Source: an uncultured Aminicenantes bacterium (lineage in GTDB: Bacteria; Acidobacteriota; Aminicenantia; UBA2199). From it: DNA of 64,000 bases. The stretch is taken from assembly GCA_965195285.1 (NCBI GenBank), contig CBDAFS010000003.1:1-64000 (forward strand). The letters run 5' to 3'. Positions 19,096 to 27,941 of this stretch are shown here, piece after piece. Within the stretch, counting starts at the first letter, position 1. The number at the start of each line of letters is the position of its first letter. Made by a program: the position numbers and the translations under genes. The notes under the pieces were generated by a model. It worked only from the letters and a program-made list of their open reading frames with translations. It was not told the DNA's origin and searched no databases.

Positions 19096-20319
19096 TCATT
19101 TAATTAATTCCTTATCATTCACATTTTTTGACTTTTTAAACTCGAAAATAGCACTTTCTCTATTTATGGCATACCCTTTCAGCAACTTCTCTTTTACTGC
19201 AAATTCACATAAATTTTCAATCATTTTTTTAAATCTATACTGTTTGACTCGATTTTTAAAAACCCCCTTATTATTCAAATAATCATTTTTTTTTATAGTT
19301 CCGCATAATTTATTTAATTCTATTTTTTTAGGTTTTCCATGCTTGTAAAAGTTTCCGGTTTTTATCAGAAATTCCAAAAAGTTCAAATCCCATTCCCGGA
19401 CTTTTTTAAATGCTCTCAGGTTTGCGATTAAATCAGAATGAATTATTACATAAAAAAGGGACTGGGAATCTGTTAAGTCTGTGATTAAGGTTAAGTTATT
19501 TAATTGGAGATAAAGTTTACTGGTTGAAATATTTTTTGATTCAGTTTTTGGATTAAGATTGAGTTTTTCCAATGGAATAAATTTAAAAATCGGTTCATCT
19601 GAATCTATAAAATTATAAACTTTAGAATCGGTTTTATCCGGGAAAATCATATAACAAGGAAACCTTTTTTTTGTAAGTCCCACCATAGCCTTTTTTATTT
19701 TTACCAGTTCTGTGCCTTCAGTATCTTTAAAACCCAAACTTTTCATTAAGTCCACGAAATAAAAGGGAGTGATTTTGAGGTTATTATCTGATAGAATTTT
19801 GAAACCACCGAAAATAGCGAATTTTTCATAAACAGAGAGTTTGTAATTTTCCAGAAAATTTTTCCCACACCGTTCCAACATTTCATTGGCCCGTTTTATC
19901 TGTTTTTTTATATCTTTTTTTTCTTTTAAATCTGTAGTTTTTTTCAAATTGTTTTCCAGTTCCCGGACATCTGAATTAATTTTTTTAAAAGTCGCTGACT
20001 TGGTGGTCAATGATGTATTCAAATAATTTACCGGGAGTTTGATTATTTTTTTACTCCAATATTTTTTCCCCTTCAAATTGATAAAATAATCTATTCTATT
20101 TTTTAATTCTGCTTTGTCCTGAGTGTCGAAAAATAAAGATAATTTTAAAATATTTTCCTGGGATAGTGAATCGAATATATCTGATATATTAAAACAACTC
20201 AAAACATAAAAAAATTTATCCATCTCATTTCCGCTATGGCTCTGAGCCAAACTTTCAAACCTTTTATGATCATTTTTCCTGGTATGTAATATTAAATTTA
20301 AAACATTTTTCTCATTCAT
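19096..20319 (-). CDS. Hypothetical Lys-rich protein, putative replication initiator
   Basis: Translationally coupled to the helicase (TAATG overlap) and immediately followed by the iteron-like repeats; function inferred from position only. Confidence 0.5.
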   Translation of the reverse strand: MNEKNVLNLILHTRKNDHKRFESLAQSHSGNEMDKFFYVLSCFNISDIFDSLSQENILKLSLFFDTQDKAELKNRIDYFINLKGKKYWSKKIIKLPVNYLNTSLTTKSATFKKINSDVRELENNLKKTTDLKEKKDIKKQIKRANEMLERCGKNFLENYKLSVYEKFAIFGGFKILSDNNLKITPFYFVDLMKSLGFKDTEGTELVKIKKAMVGLTKKRFPCYMIFPDKTDSKVYNFIDSDEPIFKFIPLEKLNLNPKTESKNISTSKLYLQLNNLTLITDLTDSQSLFYVIIHSDLIANLRAFKKVREWDLNFLEFLIKTGNFYKHGKPKKIELNKLCGTIKKNDYLNNKGVFKNRVKQYRFKKMIENLCEFAVKEKLLKGYAINRESAIFEFKKSKNVNDKELIK

Positions 20320-21746
20320 TATCCAATCCTGTCACGTGACCCATAGTCTTCCGATTCTTCAATCTCGTTCTCTAATGTTCGGTTAAACTCTGTCATCCGG
20401 GTTGTATACTTTTGAAATTTCAACCTATATTCACCCTTGAAATAACTCAATTTGTTTTTAGCAAAACTGACTTTTAAAATAGGCTCCTTTTGATCTGAAT
20501 CGAAAAAGTCATTTTCATTTTCAGGTTCTAATAATAAAACCAAGTCGGCCCGGTAAACCAGGCGTTTACTCCCGGATATATCGGAAATGGTCAAACGCCG
20601 CTCCTTTGATTTCCCATTTTTATATTTTTGGTCTTTGTCTTTTCGTACCTCTGCCGTTGTGATTATCGGGATATCATAGTTTGATACAATTCGTTTAATA
20701 ATTTCCGCTTGCCGCTCATCACGTTCATTGCCCTGAAAATTTCCAACATCCAGATAATGGAAACCGTCAATAAAAATCACCGTATTTTTATTAATGGCCA
20801 GAGACCTCTCAATGATACGCCTAACCTCTATAATCTTAAATCGCTCTATAACATCAAGCCGTTTATCCAGGAAGTATTTTTTTACTTTTTCGACTGTCTG
20901 CCTTTGCAGATCCCCGGCTTTTATCTTTTTACCGTCAATCTGAAAAGAGGTATTATCACCCTGCCGCTTGTCAATATCCATTAATTCAATCCCTGAAATA
21001 TTGCTATACAGTCGATTCAGAATTTTATTGATTGAATCATCCAGGGTGAAATATAGACATCTTATTTCCGGGTTACTTTTCAATAAGTCTAAAAATAGAT
21101 TTACTAAAATGGCAGTTTTCCCGATATTCGATTCAGCACCTATGATATAAAATCCGGCCTGTATACCGTCCACCGCCTTTGTTAACTGAGGGTAATTTTT
21201 CAATATATAACCTTTTGGGTTTTCCGGTTCTCTTTTCAAGTCCTCAGTAAATTTTTTATCAATTCTCTGATCAAGGGTCAGTTCCGGGCTATATGACCTG
21301 TCGGTAATTTTTAAAATATCTGCATTTAATTGATTTACGATTTCATCCGGTTCATTTTGGAGTTTAAGTGATTCAGCACCCGCCCTTTGGGTCGCCTTGA
21401 ATATTTCCCTTTTTTCTGATTCTTTCTTTACCTTTTCGGCATATTCAGAGACGCTTATATTTTCCGGGATCCCGTCAACCAGCCCGTTAATATAATCATA
21501 CCCACCAATAAATTTTAATTCTTTTTTCTCTCTGAGGCATGATGATATTGTAACCGTATCAGCTCTTTTCTTTTTATCTGTCAGTTCGATAATGGCCTTT
21601 GCAATTTCCTTATGTCCATCTTTGTAAAAATCATCAATATCAATAATAGAAAAAACATCATTAATATATCGGTTGTCAATCAACATAGCACCCAAACAGG
21701 CCTTTTCTGACATTTCATCAAATGGTAACGTTTCATTCTGAGTCAT
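20319..21746 (-). CDS. DnaB-like replicative helicase (element-encoded)
   Basis: DnaB N-terminal domain (LPFDEMSEKACLGAML, DDFY..HKEI, GGYDYI); Walker A GAESNIGKT; IFIDG; ISDISGS; KNK. Confidence 0.85.
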   Translation of the reverse strand: MTQNETLPFDEMSEKACLGAMLIDNRYINDVFSIIDIDDFYKDGHKEIAKAIIELTDKKKRADTVTISSCLREKKELKFIGGYDYINGLVDGIPENISVSEYAEKVKKESEKREIFKATQRAGAESLKLQNEPDEIVNQLNADILKITDRSYSPELTLDQRIDKKFTEDLKREPENPKGYILKNYPQLTKAVDGIQAGFYIIGAESNIGKTAILVNLFLDLLKSNPEIRCLYFTLDDSINKILNRLYSNISGIELMDIDKRQGDNTSFQIDGKKIKAGDLQRQTVEKVKKYFLDKRLDVIERFKIIEVRRIIERSLAINKNTVIFIDGFHYLDVGNFQGNERDERQAEIIKRIVSNYDIPIITTAEVRKDKDQKYKNGKSKERRLTISDISGSKRLVYRADLVLLLEPENENDFFDSDQKEPILKVSFAKNKLSYFKGEYRLKFQKYTTRMTEFNRTLENEIEESEDYGSRDRIG

Positions 21747-21762
21747 TTTTTACCCCCTGTTT

Positions 21763-22233
21763 TCATTTTTCAATCCCATACAATCCCAATAAAAGGGCTT
21801 CCGCAATTCCATCATGTTTCCGGTATTTTTCCCAATCTATTTGATCCGGAAAAAGCTGTTGTGCTTTTATTATAGAATCCCCTTTTCCTTTTCCGATCAG
21901 GCCATGATATTTTTTCCACCGCACCGGCACTATAATTTCATGTCTTATATTCATTGATACAAAAATATTTCTGAAAGTATAAAACCCGCCGCCGGTCATA
22001 AAGTTTGACTTTGAGGACTGGCCCGGATAAGCATGAAGTAACTCAATAAATGCCCGGTCAATAATATCCCTATGAGTAGTAAAAATATTCCACAAAACCC
22101 TTAAATCATAATCCCAGCTTTTCTTCTTATTTTTTATGATATCCAGCACCGGCATTTTATAATAAAATTCTATTCTCTTATTATCCATTATTGCAATGGC
22201 CCCGTTTTTTCCAACATCGATACTGGCTATCAT
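21763..22233 (-). CDS. RuvC-like Holliday junction resolvase (phage type)
   Basis: IASIDVGKNGAIA, AFIE, PVRWKK, HDGIAEALL. Confidence 0.75.
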   Translation of the reverse strand: MIASIDVGKNGAIAIMDNKRIEFYYKMPVLDIIKNKKKSWDYDLRVLWNIFTTHRDIIDRAFIELLHAYPGQSSKSNFMTGGGFYTFRNIFVSMNIRHEIIVPVRWKKYHGLIGKGKGDSIIKAQQLFPDQIDWEKYRKHDGIAEALLLGLYGIEK

Positions 22234-22454
22234 TTATATTTCCTGACTTCCTTTATGTCGCCATCAATAGATAATTGACCGATCCGAATTAAAAGGTCGG
22301 CTTTGATTTTATAGGGACTTGATAATTTTCCCAGTTTCCCGGATTGAATTAAATACGAAAAGAATCGGAGCAGATCCCTTGAAGTCATTTTGCCCGTTTC
22401 GTACTGGATGATCCAGAAAGAGAGTCGATGATCTTCATCAATGAAATTTTCCAT
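22230..22454 (-). CDS. Small hypothetical phage-like protein
   Basis: 74-aa ORF overlapping the resolvase start (ATGA). Confidence 0.55.
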   Translation of the reverse strand: MENFIDEDHRLSFWIIQYETGKMTSRDLLRFFSYLIQSGKLGKLSSPYKIKADLLIRIGQLSIDGDIKEVRKYK

Positions 22455-22473
22455 AGTTCACACCAAAGCCCCT

Positions 22474-22710
22474 TTATTTTGAATTGTTAATAATATGATC
22501 AGCGGCCTGGGTTTCCACTTCTTTTTGAGTTCTAACAGGATTTGAAAAAATAAAATTATCCAGGTCTGACTTTTTGAAAATGATTTTTTTCTTAGACGGT
22601 TTGAAATATTTGATTTGCTTTAAACTGGTCAGTTTATAAAGCCAATGAGTTGAAATATTCAAATATAAAGCCGCCTGTTTTACGTTCATGATCTGACTTT
22701 GTTCTGACAT
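22474..22710 (-). CDS. Excisionase-like HTH_17 DNA-binding protein
   Basis: MNVKQAALYLNISTHWLYKLTSLKQIKYFKP...IIFKKSDLDNFI; GGAGGT RBS. Confidence 0.85.
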   Translation of the reverse strand: MSEQSQIMNVKQAALYLNISTHWLYKLTSLKQIKYFKPSKKKIIFKKSDLDNFIFSNPVRTQKEVETQAADHIINNSK

Positions 22711-22825
22711 AAATACCTCCAATATTATTTATTCACCTATATTGTGCTATATGTTGGGGGATTAATCTTACGGGGTTTTCCGCTATTTTCTATGATTTTC
22801 TATGGAAAAATAAAATAATTTTAGA

Positions 22826-23458
22826 TTATTCGACTTTTTCCTGAAATTTTTCTTTAAAACGAATTAAATCAGAACCTTTTATTTCAAACTTTTTTGATAT
22901 TTTTGATTTTTCAGCTTCTAAAGATATCAACCCATCTTCTTTATGATTTTTCCCACCATGTATATAATTTAGTATTGACCTTTCATCACAATTATAAAGC
23001 TCTGCCGCTTCTTTTACTGAATAGATTTTATCCGGGTCAATTTTTTGAGTTTCCCTTCCAAGCCCGGCTTTAACGTTTTTTGATTTTTTTAAATTCTCTA
23101 ACTCAAACAAATTTTTTTCATACTCTATTAAAGCTTCCAATTTTTCAATAATAGATGGTACTTTAAAATCAAATTCTTGAAGTAATTCTTTTCCATGTTT
23201 TGTAAAATCTACAGCAAAAGAACCATCGATTTTTTGTTTTTCATCTTTTAAAACTTTTAAGAGACATTCAATTCTATTTTTCCTTTTTTTAATTTCTTTA
23301 CATGGTTCTATAATTAATTCATATTTCTCATTTTCTAATTTTACATATAAATAAATCCAATACCTTTGCTGTGTCGGTATAGGCCAAGCTCTAATATCTT
23401 TACCTTCAAATTCTGCAATTTCTTTTTCTACGGCTTTTAAAAATTCATGTTCATTCAT
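22826..23458 (-). CDS. Hypothetical protein with C-terminal HTH
   Basis: KIYSVKEAAELYNCDERSILNYIHGG; overlaps the integrase stop. Confidence 0.65.
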   Translation of the reverse strand: MNEHEFLKAVEKEIAEFEGKDIRAWPIPTQQRYWIYLYVKLENEKYELIIEPCKEIKKRKNRIECLLKVLKDEKQKIDGSFAVDFTKHGKELLQEFDFKVPSIIEKLEALIEYEKNLFELENLKKSKNVKAGLGRETQKIDPDKIYSVKEAAELYNCDERSILNYIHGGKNHKEDGLISLEAEKSKISKKFEIKGSDLIRFKEKFQEKVE

Positions 23459-24554
23459 AATTCACCTCAATTTCCGGTAGTAAATCAACCGCCTGTCTCT
23501 TTTTATCATCTACAATTTTAGAATAAATCTCTGTGGCCTGCAAAGTTTTATGACCCAGCATTTTTGACAGCGTATAGATACCAACACCACTGGTTAGACT
23601 CATAACGGCAAACGAATGCCGGGATACATGGAAATGAACATTTTTATCAATCCCTGCTCTGGCCGCCCAAACTTTTAACGCCCTGTCAATCTGTGAATGA
23701 TTCTGTATTTCAAAAACCCTTTTTCCTTTCAATTTGTCAAATTCAATATTTTCAATATTCAATATTTTCTGAGCACTTTTTGAAAGGTAAAGATATTCAT
23801 ATCCCTTTGTCTTTTGCTGTCTAAAATCAATCCTATAATAAACATCACCTTTAACAATATCTTTTTGAAAATCATTCCAGTTTAAATTAAAGGCGTCATT
23901 TTTTCGTAACCCGGTATAACAGCAAAAAAGAAAAATCTTTTTCACCCCTGAATTATTGCAAGGTGTGTTTGCCAGTTTCTGAATTTCCTCAAAAGTTAAA
24001 TGAGTCCTTTTAGTTTCCAGGGATTTTATATTTGAAACATTACTTCCGGGACTGGTTTCGATTATTTCATCTCTTACCGCTTGATTTAGGGTAGCTTTAA
24101 TTTTAACAAAATAATTATGGGCCGTGTTTTGATGAAGTGAATCCTGGAATAACAAAAACTCTTTAAACTGCTCTAAAAATGACCGGGTAACATTTTCAAT
24201 AGTAATATCTTGTAAACCCTTTTCAATTAAAAACTTTTTCAAATAATTCAAGGTATTTTGCCATGCCCTATTGTTTTTTGATCTCTCATTTTTGAGCTTA
24301 TTAAAGTATGTTATAAAGCTCCCCTTTTTCTTAAAATTAGATATTGAACCGTTATTAGAGCTGGCAATCTCTAACTGTTTTCTGGCTCTGATATTTTCTG
24401 CAAGTCTCCAGGTTTCTTTATTGACCTCTTTATCATTTTCCAGGTAGAGGTTTAAAAAATCATATTCACGTTCCCCATTATTGTAAATATCTAAATAAAG
24501 TGAACGTCTGTTACCTTTCCCTTTTAGCTTTTTTTCTCTAATTTTAACACTCAT
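23451..24554 (-). CDS. Site-specific tyrosine integrase (arm-binding + SAM-like + catalytic domains)
   Basis: RSLYLDIY arm domain; catalytic R (YTGLR), K (QQKT), HxxR (HVSRHSFA), H (LGH), Y (TEIY). Start at 24554 has an AAAGGA RBS. Confidence 0.95.
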   Translation of the reverse strand: MSVKIREKKLKGKGNRRSLYLDIYNNGEREYDFLNLYLENDKEVNKETWRLAENIRARKQLEIASSNNGSISNFKKKGSFITYFNKLKNERSKNNRAWQNTLNYLKKFLIEKGLQDITIENVTRSFLEQFKEFLLFQDSLHQNTAHNYFVKIKATLNQAVRDEIIETSPGSNVSNIKSLETKRTHLTFEEIQKLANTPCNNSGVKKIFLFCCYTGLRKNDAFNLNWNDFQKDIVKGDVYYRIDFRQQKTKGYEYLYLSKSAQKILNIENIEFDKLKGKRVFEIQNHSQIDRALKVWAARAGIDKNVHFHVSRHSFAVMSLTSGVGIYTLSKMLGHKTLQATEIYSKIVDDKKRQAVDLLPEIEVNYE

Positions 24555-24754
24555 GATCAATCCTTTAAATTTGATTGAGTAACATTTTAATTTGTTACTC
24601 ATTATAATAGTAACATGAAAGTAACATAATATCAACTATAATGTATAATAATATGAAAAAATAGAAAAATATAAACATCATGGTATATCCTTTGTTTACA
24701 AGCTTATAAAAGGATATACAGTCAAATATAATCATATAAAAGATTGATGATAAA

Positions 24755-24770
24755 TACGGCAATGAATCCC
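24755..24770 (+). repeat. att core, right direct repeat
   Basis: TACGGCAATGAATCCC, identical to 13633-13648. Confidence 0.95.
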
Positions 24771-25253
24771 TGTGAAGACTCAATCGGAATCAAGGAATAT
24801 CAATATTACAATTGCACGGAATCCCAGCGAAGAAACTACTATTCAAAAATTTCAAAACCACTGCTGGACCGAATTGATTTGCAAATTGAGGTGAAAAAAG
24901 TCAAAATTGATGAAATCACCTCCACTGTTCAGGCAGAAAGTTCCAAGGATATCAAGCACCGAGTGGTGAAAGCCAGGCAAGCTCAACTCCAGCGTTTTAA
25001 AAACCTCAAACATAAAATATTCGCCAATGGGCAAATGTCCAATAAAGAAATAAAACAATTTTGTTCCCTCACCCGCCAAAGTGAAGAGCTCATAAACAGC
25101 GCCATTGACAAATTGAATTTAAGCGCCCGGAGTTATTTTAAAATTCTGAAAATTGCCAGAACTATTGCCGATCTCGAAAATGCAACTGAAATTAAAACCA
25201 GCCATCTTCAAGAGGCCCTCCAGTATCGAAACCTTGACCTGTTCCGTCTATAA
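24755..25253 (+). pseudogene. comM: ComM/YifB, 3' part
   Basis: TAMNPC...KISKPLLDRIDL...LSARSYFKILKIARTIADL...EALQYR; joins the 5' part in frame to give 511 aa. Confidence 0.95.
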
Positions 25254-25264
25254 GAAATGAGTGA

Positions 25265-25840
25265 TCAATCCTGGATGGTAAGCCGGGTGGAGTCATCCTC
25301 ATTCTGGTAAAAATCGGTCAGCAGCCGGACCAGTATCGGTGCGTATTTTTCTCCACAACCATAACAAACTGGCCTGAAAACAGCGGATGATGAATAATCA
25401 AATAAAAAAAGTCCCAGTGGTATTTTGGTCTGGCTTCTTCTTCCGCACATAGCGCAGGGTTCTTCTCGGTTGATATTGTTGAATTTTATCACCAGATGCG
25501 GATGCAAATCATATTCAAACCCGGCATCAATCACATCACCGGTCTTACAATCCAACAATCCGGAACTTCCCAGTTCGGTAATCTTGGAGTAATATTTTGA
25601 TTTATTCCAATGCGGGAGAGATTTCACATATTCTTTAGCTTCTGCCACGGTTTTAAATCGCGTCTCATCACTTCTGTCTTTAAAAGTACTCAGAATGGTT
25701 ACATCTATTTCTTTATCAATTTTTATATCCCCGACCAAACAATGCAGGGTACCATCGCCCACTTCAACCCATTCTACCCAGCCATTCCCATCAGAAGATT
25801 CAAAAATTAAATTTCCATTCAAATTATATTGTTTTTTCAT
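25265..25840 (-). CDS. Hypothetical protein with two CxxC pairs
   Basis: CAMC...CYGC. Confidence 0.55.
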   Translation of the reverse strand: MKKQYNLNGNLIFESSDGNGWVEWVEVGDGTLHCLVGDIKIDKEIDVTILSTFKDRSDETRFKTVAEAKEYVKSLPHWNKSKYYSKITELGSSGLLDCKTGDVIDAGFEYDLHPHLVIKFNNINREEPCAMCGRRSQTKIPLGLFLFDYSSSAVFRPVCYGCGEKYAPILVRLLTDFYQNEDDSTRLTIQD

Positions 25841-25919
25841 TTTCTAACTTAGACATACCATAAAATCGAGTAAATTAAAACCATAGTGAATTTAAAATTT
25901 TAATTTAAAATGAAATATA

Positions 25920-25948
25920 TTGACAAAAGAACATTAGACTGTTATAAA
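25920..25948 (+). promoter_or_regulatory. Sigma70-like promoter
   Basis: TTGACA-N17-TATAAA with extended -10 TG. Confidence 0.6.
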
Positions 25949-25971
25949 TTGCTCATCGGATTCAGGTTGAG

Positions 25972-27156
25972 ATGTTAGAGAAACTTAAGCAAATAATGGC
26001 AAAAAAGTCCAGTACGGCAGAACTCTATGAAAAAAAGGGTCAATTAACCGATGCCTATCAGGAATACCTGAGAACCGGTAATATTGCCAAGGCAGGCGAT
26101 ATCCTAACAAAAACCGGTAAATGGAATGATGCGGCAAGCCTATTCATCCAAAACAACGAAATTGACCTGGCCAGAAGAGCAATCGAAAAATGCTTTAAAA
26201 GCGGAAAATCATGGGAAACATATCCGCTTGAGAAAGAAAACTCTATTACCATAGAAGACTGGCTGAAAAAAAACAACCAGACCCGACGGTTTGTTCGATA
26301 TGTTCAGGATGTTGAAACATTCACCCCGACCGGAACTCCTTTAGTCATTGTCCTGGCCGGCAGATTAAAAAAGGCCGATGAACACAAAAATGCAGCTGAA
26401 CTATATAAGCGAGGTTTTTACCTGGTCAATCAAGGTAAATCAAGCAAAGCCATAAAAAATGAAGTCTGGCTGAAATATGCAACTGAATGTTATGCCAAAG
26501 CTAAATTGTATATTCTGGCAGCTGAATGCTTGAAATCTCTCATGCTAACCGAAGTGCAAATCGGAACAGATATTTCAAAAGATTATCGATATAATCCCTA
26601 CCGTAATTATACTTATCATCTTCAAACGGCAAAGGATCTCAATTTTCTTAAAGCGTTCATAGACAGCTTGGAAGATTTTGATCCGTTTAATATTGCCTAT
26701 GATTTGATTAAAATCAAGGAAACCCTACTCTCACTGGAATTGTTTTTCAAATATTACGGAAGAATTGCCAAGAAATATCTATCCGAAGAGGAAACTGAAA
26801 TCCGAAACGAAAAGGTCAGTTATTGTTTGAACCAGTATGTTGTATACTACCGAAACAAGAAGGAATATATTAAAGCTGCGGAAATTGCGCTGATCAATTC
26901 TCAAAAGAAAAATGCCGCTGAATTGTATAAACTGGCTGAACAGGAAAAAAAGGACCCTGAAGGAAAGCAGCTAATCTACAAAAGTGAAAAGGTTAGAAAA
27001 ATTATTAAATGCCCCCATTGTAATGAAGAGGTCAAACCCGAATGGGCAATTTGTCCAAATTGTGAAAACAGTTTATCATTGAATACCTGTGAATGCGGTG
27101 AACAAATAAAGCCTCACTGGAAAATTTGCCCGAACTGCCGTCGAAAGCTCGGATAA
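25972..27156 (+). CDS. Helical-repeat (TPR-like) protein with C-terminal double zinc ribbon
   Basis: AAxLY/F helical repeats; CPHC..CPNC..CEC..CPNC. Confidence 0.7.
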   Translation: MLEKLKQIMAKKSSTAELYEKKGQLTDAYQEYLRTGNIAKAGDILTKTGKWNDAASLFIQNNEIDLARRAIEKCFKSGKSWETYPLEKENSITIEDWLKKNNQTRRFVRYVQDVETFTPTGTPLVIVLAGRLKKADEHKNAAELYKRGFYLVNQGKSSKAIKNEVWLKYATECYAKAKLYILAAECLKSLMLTEVQIGTDISKDYRYNPYRNYTYHLQTAKDLNFLKAFIDSLEDFDPFNIAYDLIKIKETLLSLELFFKYYGRIAKKYLSEEETEIRNEKVSYCLNQYVVYYRNKKEYIKAAEIALINSQKKNAAELYKLAEQEKKDPEGKQLIYKSEKVRKIIKCPHCNEEVKPEWAICPNCENSLSLNTCECGEQIKPHWKICPNCRRKLG

Positions 27157-27176
27157 TCTCCTCTGTTTCCCCTGCA

Positions 27177-27929
27177 CTATTTCTTTAGCAGATTCCTTTC
27201 GGTGAAGGTTTCCGAAGGGATTTGCACGTCAAAATCAATTCGGGTCAGAAGCATTTCAGTCCTGGAGTTTTTTCTGAGTTTATCCTCCAGGATGATCCGG
27301 GTAGGATAGAATCGGTTTTGATAGGTCTTTATTTCATCAACTGTCATCACTTTCAATAGTTTACCGCTCTTGGAATAGAGTTCTTCCTTCAATCCCAAAA
27401 AACGTTCCTTATCCACCCAGATTTTACGGGTAAAATAGGTCTGTTTGGGAAGGTTGGAAACCAGAACCACCAGATAGCATAAACGATCATCTATGGTTTC
27501 CTCTCCGGCTACTTCAGCTGTATACTCTTCCCGCAGTTTTGTTGCCCGTTCGGTCATATCCTCAAAGGAAAAATCAGATCCCATCATGCTCTGACGCAGC
27601 ATATGGCCGGAAAGCCTCATCACCCGTTCCGCTGAAGGATAATAAATCTTTACAATATCTTCAATTTTTAAAATTTTGGTACCCCGATCTCGTGCCGGAC
27701 TTAAAAATTTAATGAATGATTTTTTATTTCCTTCTGAATAACTGACCAGCTTTTTGGTAATAACCCGGTTTTTTATGGTAATGATCATTTCAGATTCTGC
27801 ATATGCGGTCTTATAAACCATGTTCTGGTCAATCCTATCCAGGATATCCATGGCATCGGTAAGATCCTGAGAAAAATTCCCGTTAAATGCCCAAAATCCA
27901 ATCAATAGAGTCCATATGATTTTTTTCAT
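27177..27929 (-). CDS. Outer-membrane lipoprotein-sorting protein (LolA-like)
   Basis: FLSPARDRGTKIL, MMGSDFSFEDM, FTERNL. Confidence 0.85.
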   Translation of the reverse strand: MKKIIWTLLIGFWAFNGNFSQDLTDAMDILDRIDQNMVYKTAYAESEMIITIKNRVITKKLVSYSEGNKKSFIKFLSPARDRGTKILKIEDIVKIYYPSAERVMRLSGHMLRQSMMGSDFSFEDMTERATKLREEYTAEVAGEETIDDRLCYLVVLVSNLPKQTYFTRKIWVDKERFLGLKEELYSKSGKLLKVMTVDEIKTYQNRFYPTRIILEDKLRKNSRTEMLLTRIDFDVQIPSETFTERNLLKK

Positions 27930-27941
27930 CTATTTTCTCCT

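Larger units (their letters stand above)
13633..24770. mobile_element. ~11.1 kb integrative phage-satellite-like element inserted in comM
   Basis: 16-bp direct repeats, terminal tyrosine integrase, all genes on the minus strand, visibly AT-richer than the flanks, replication and terminase genes. Confidence 0.92.

Noticed and set aside
24555-24635. Longer integrase N-terminus given by the ORF track
   Set aside because: The region holds the repeat motifs and the RBS; the true start is more plausibly ATG 24554.
13633-24770. Complete prophage or ICE
   Set aside because: Too small, with no recognisable head, tail, lysis, relaxase or T4SS genes.
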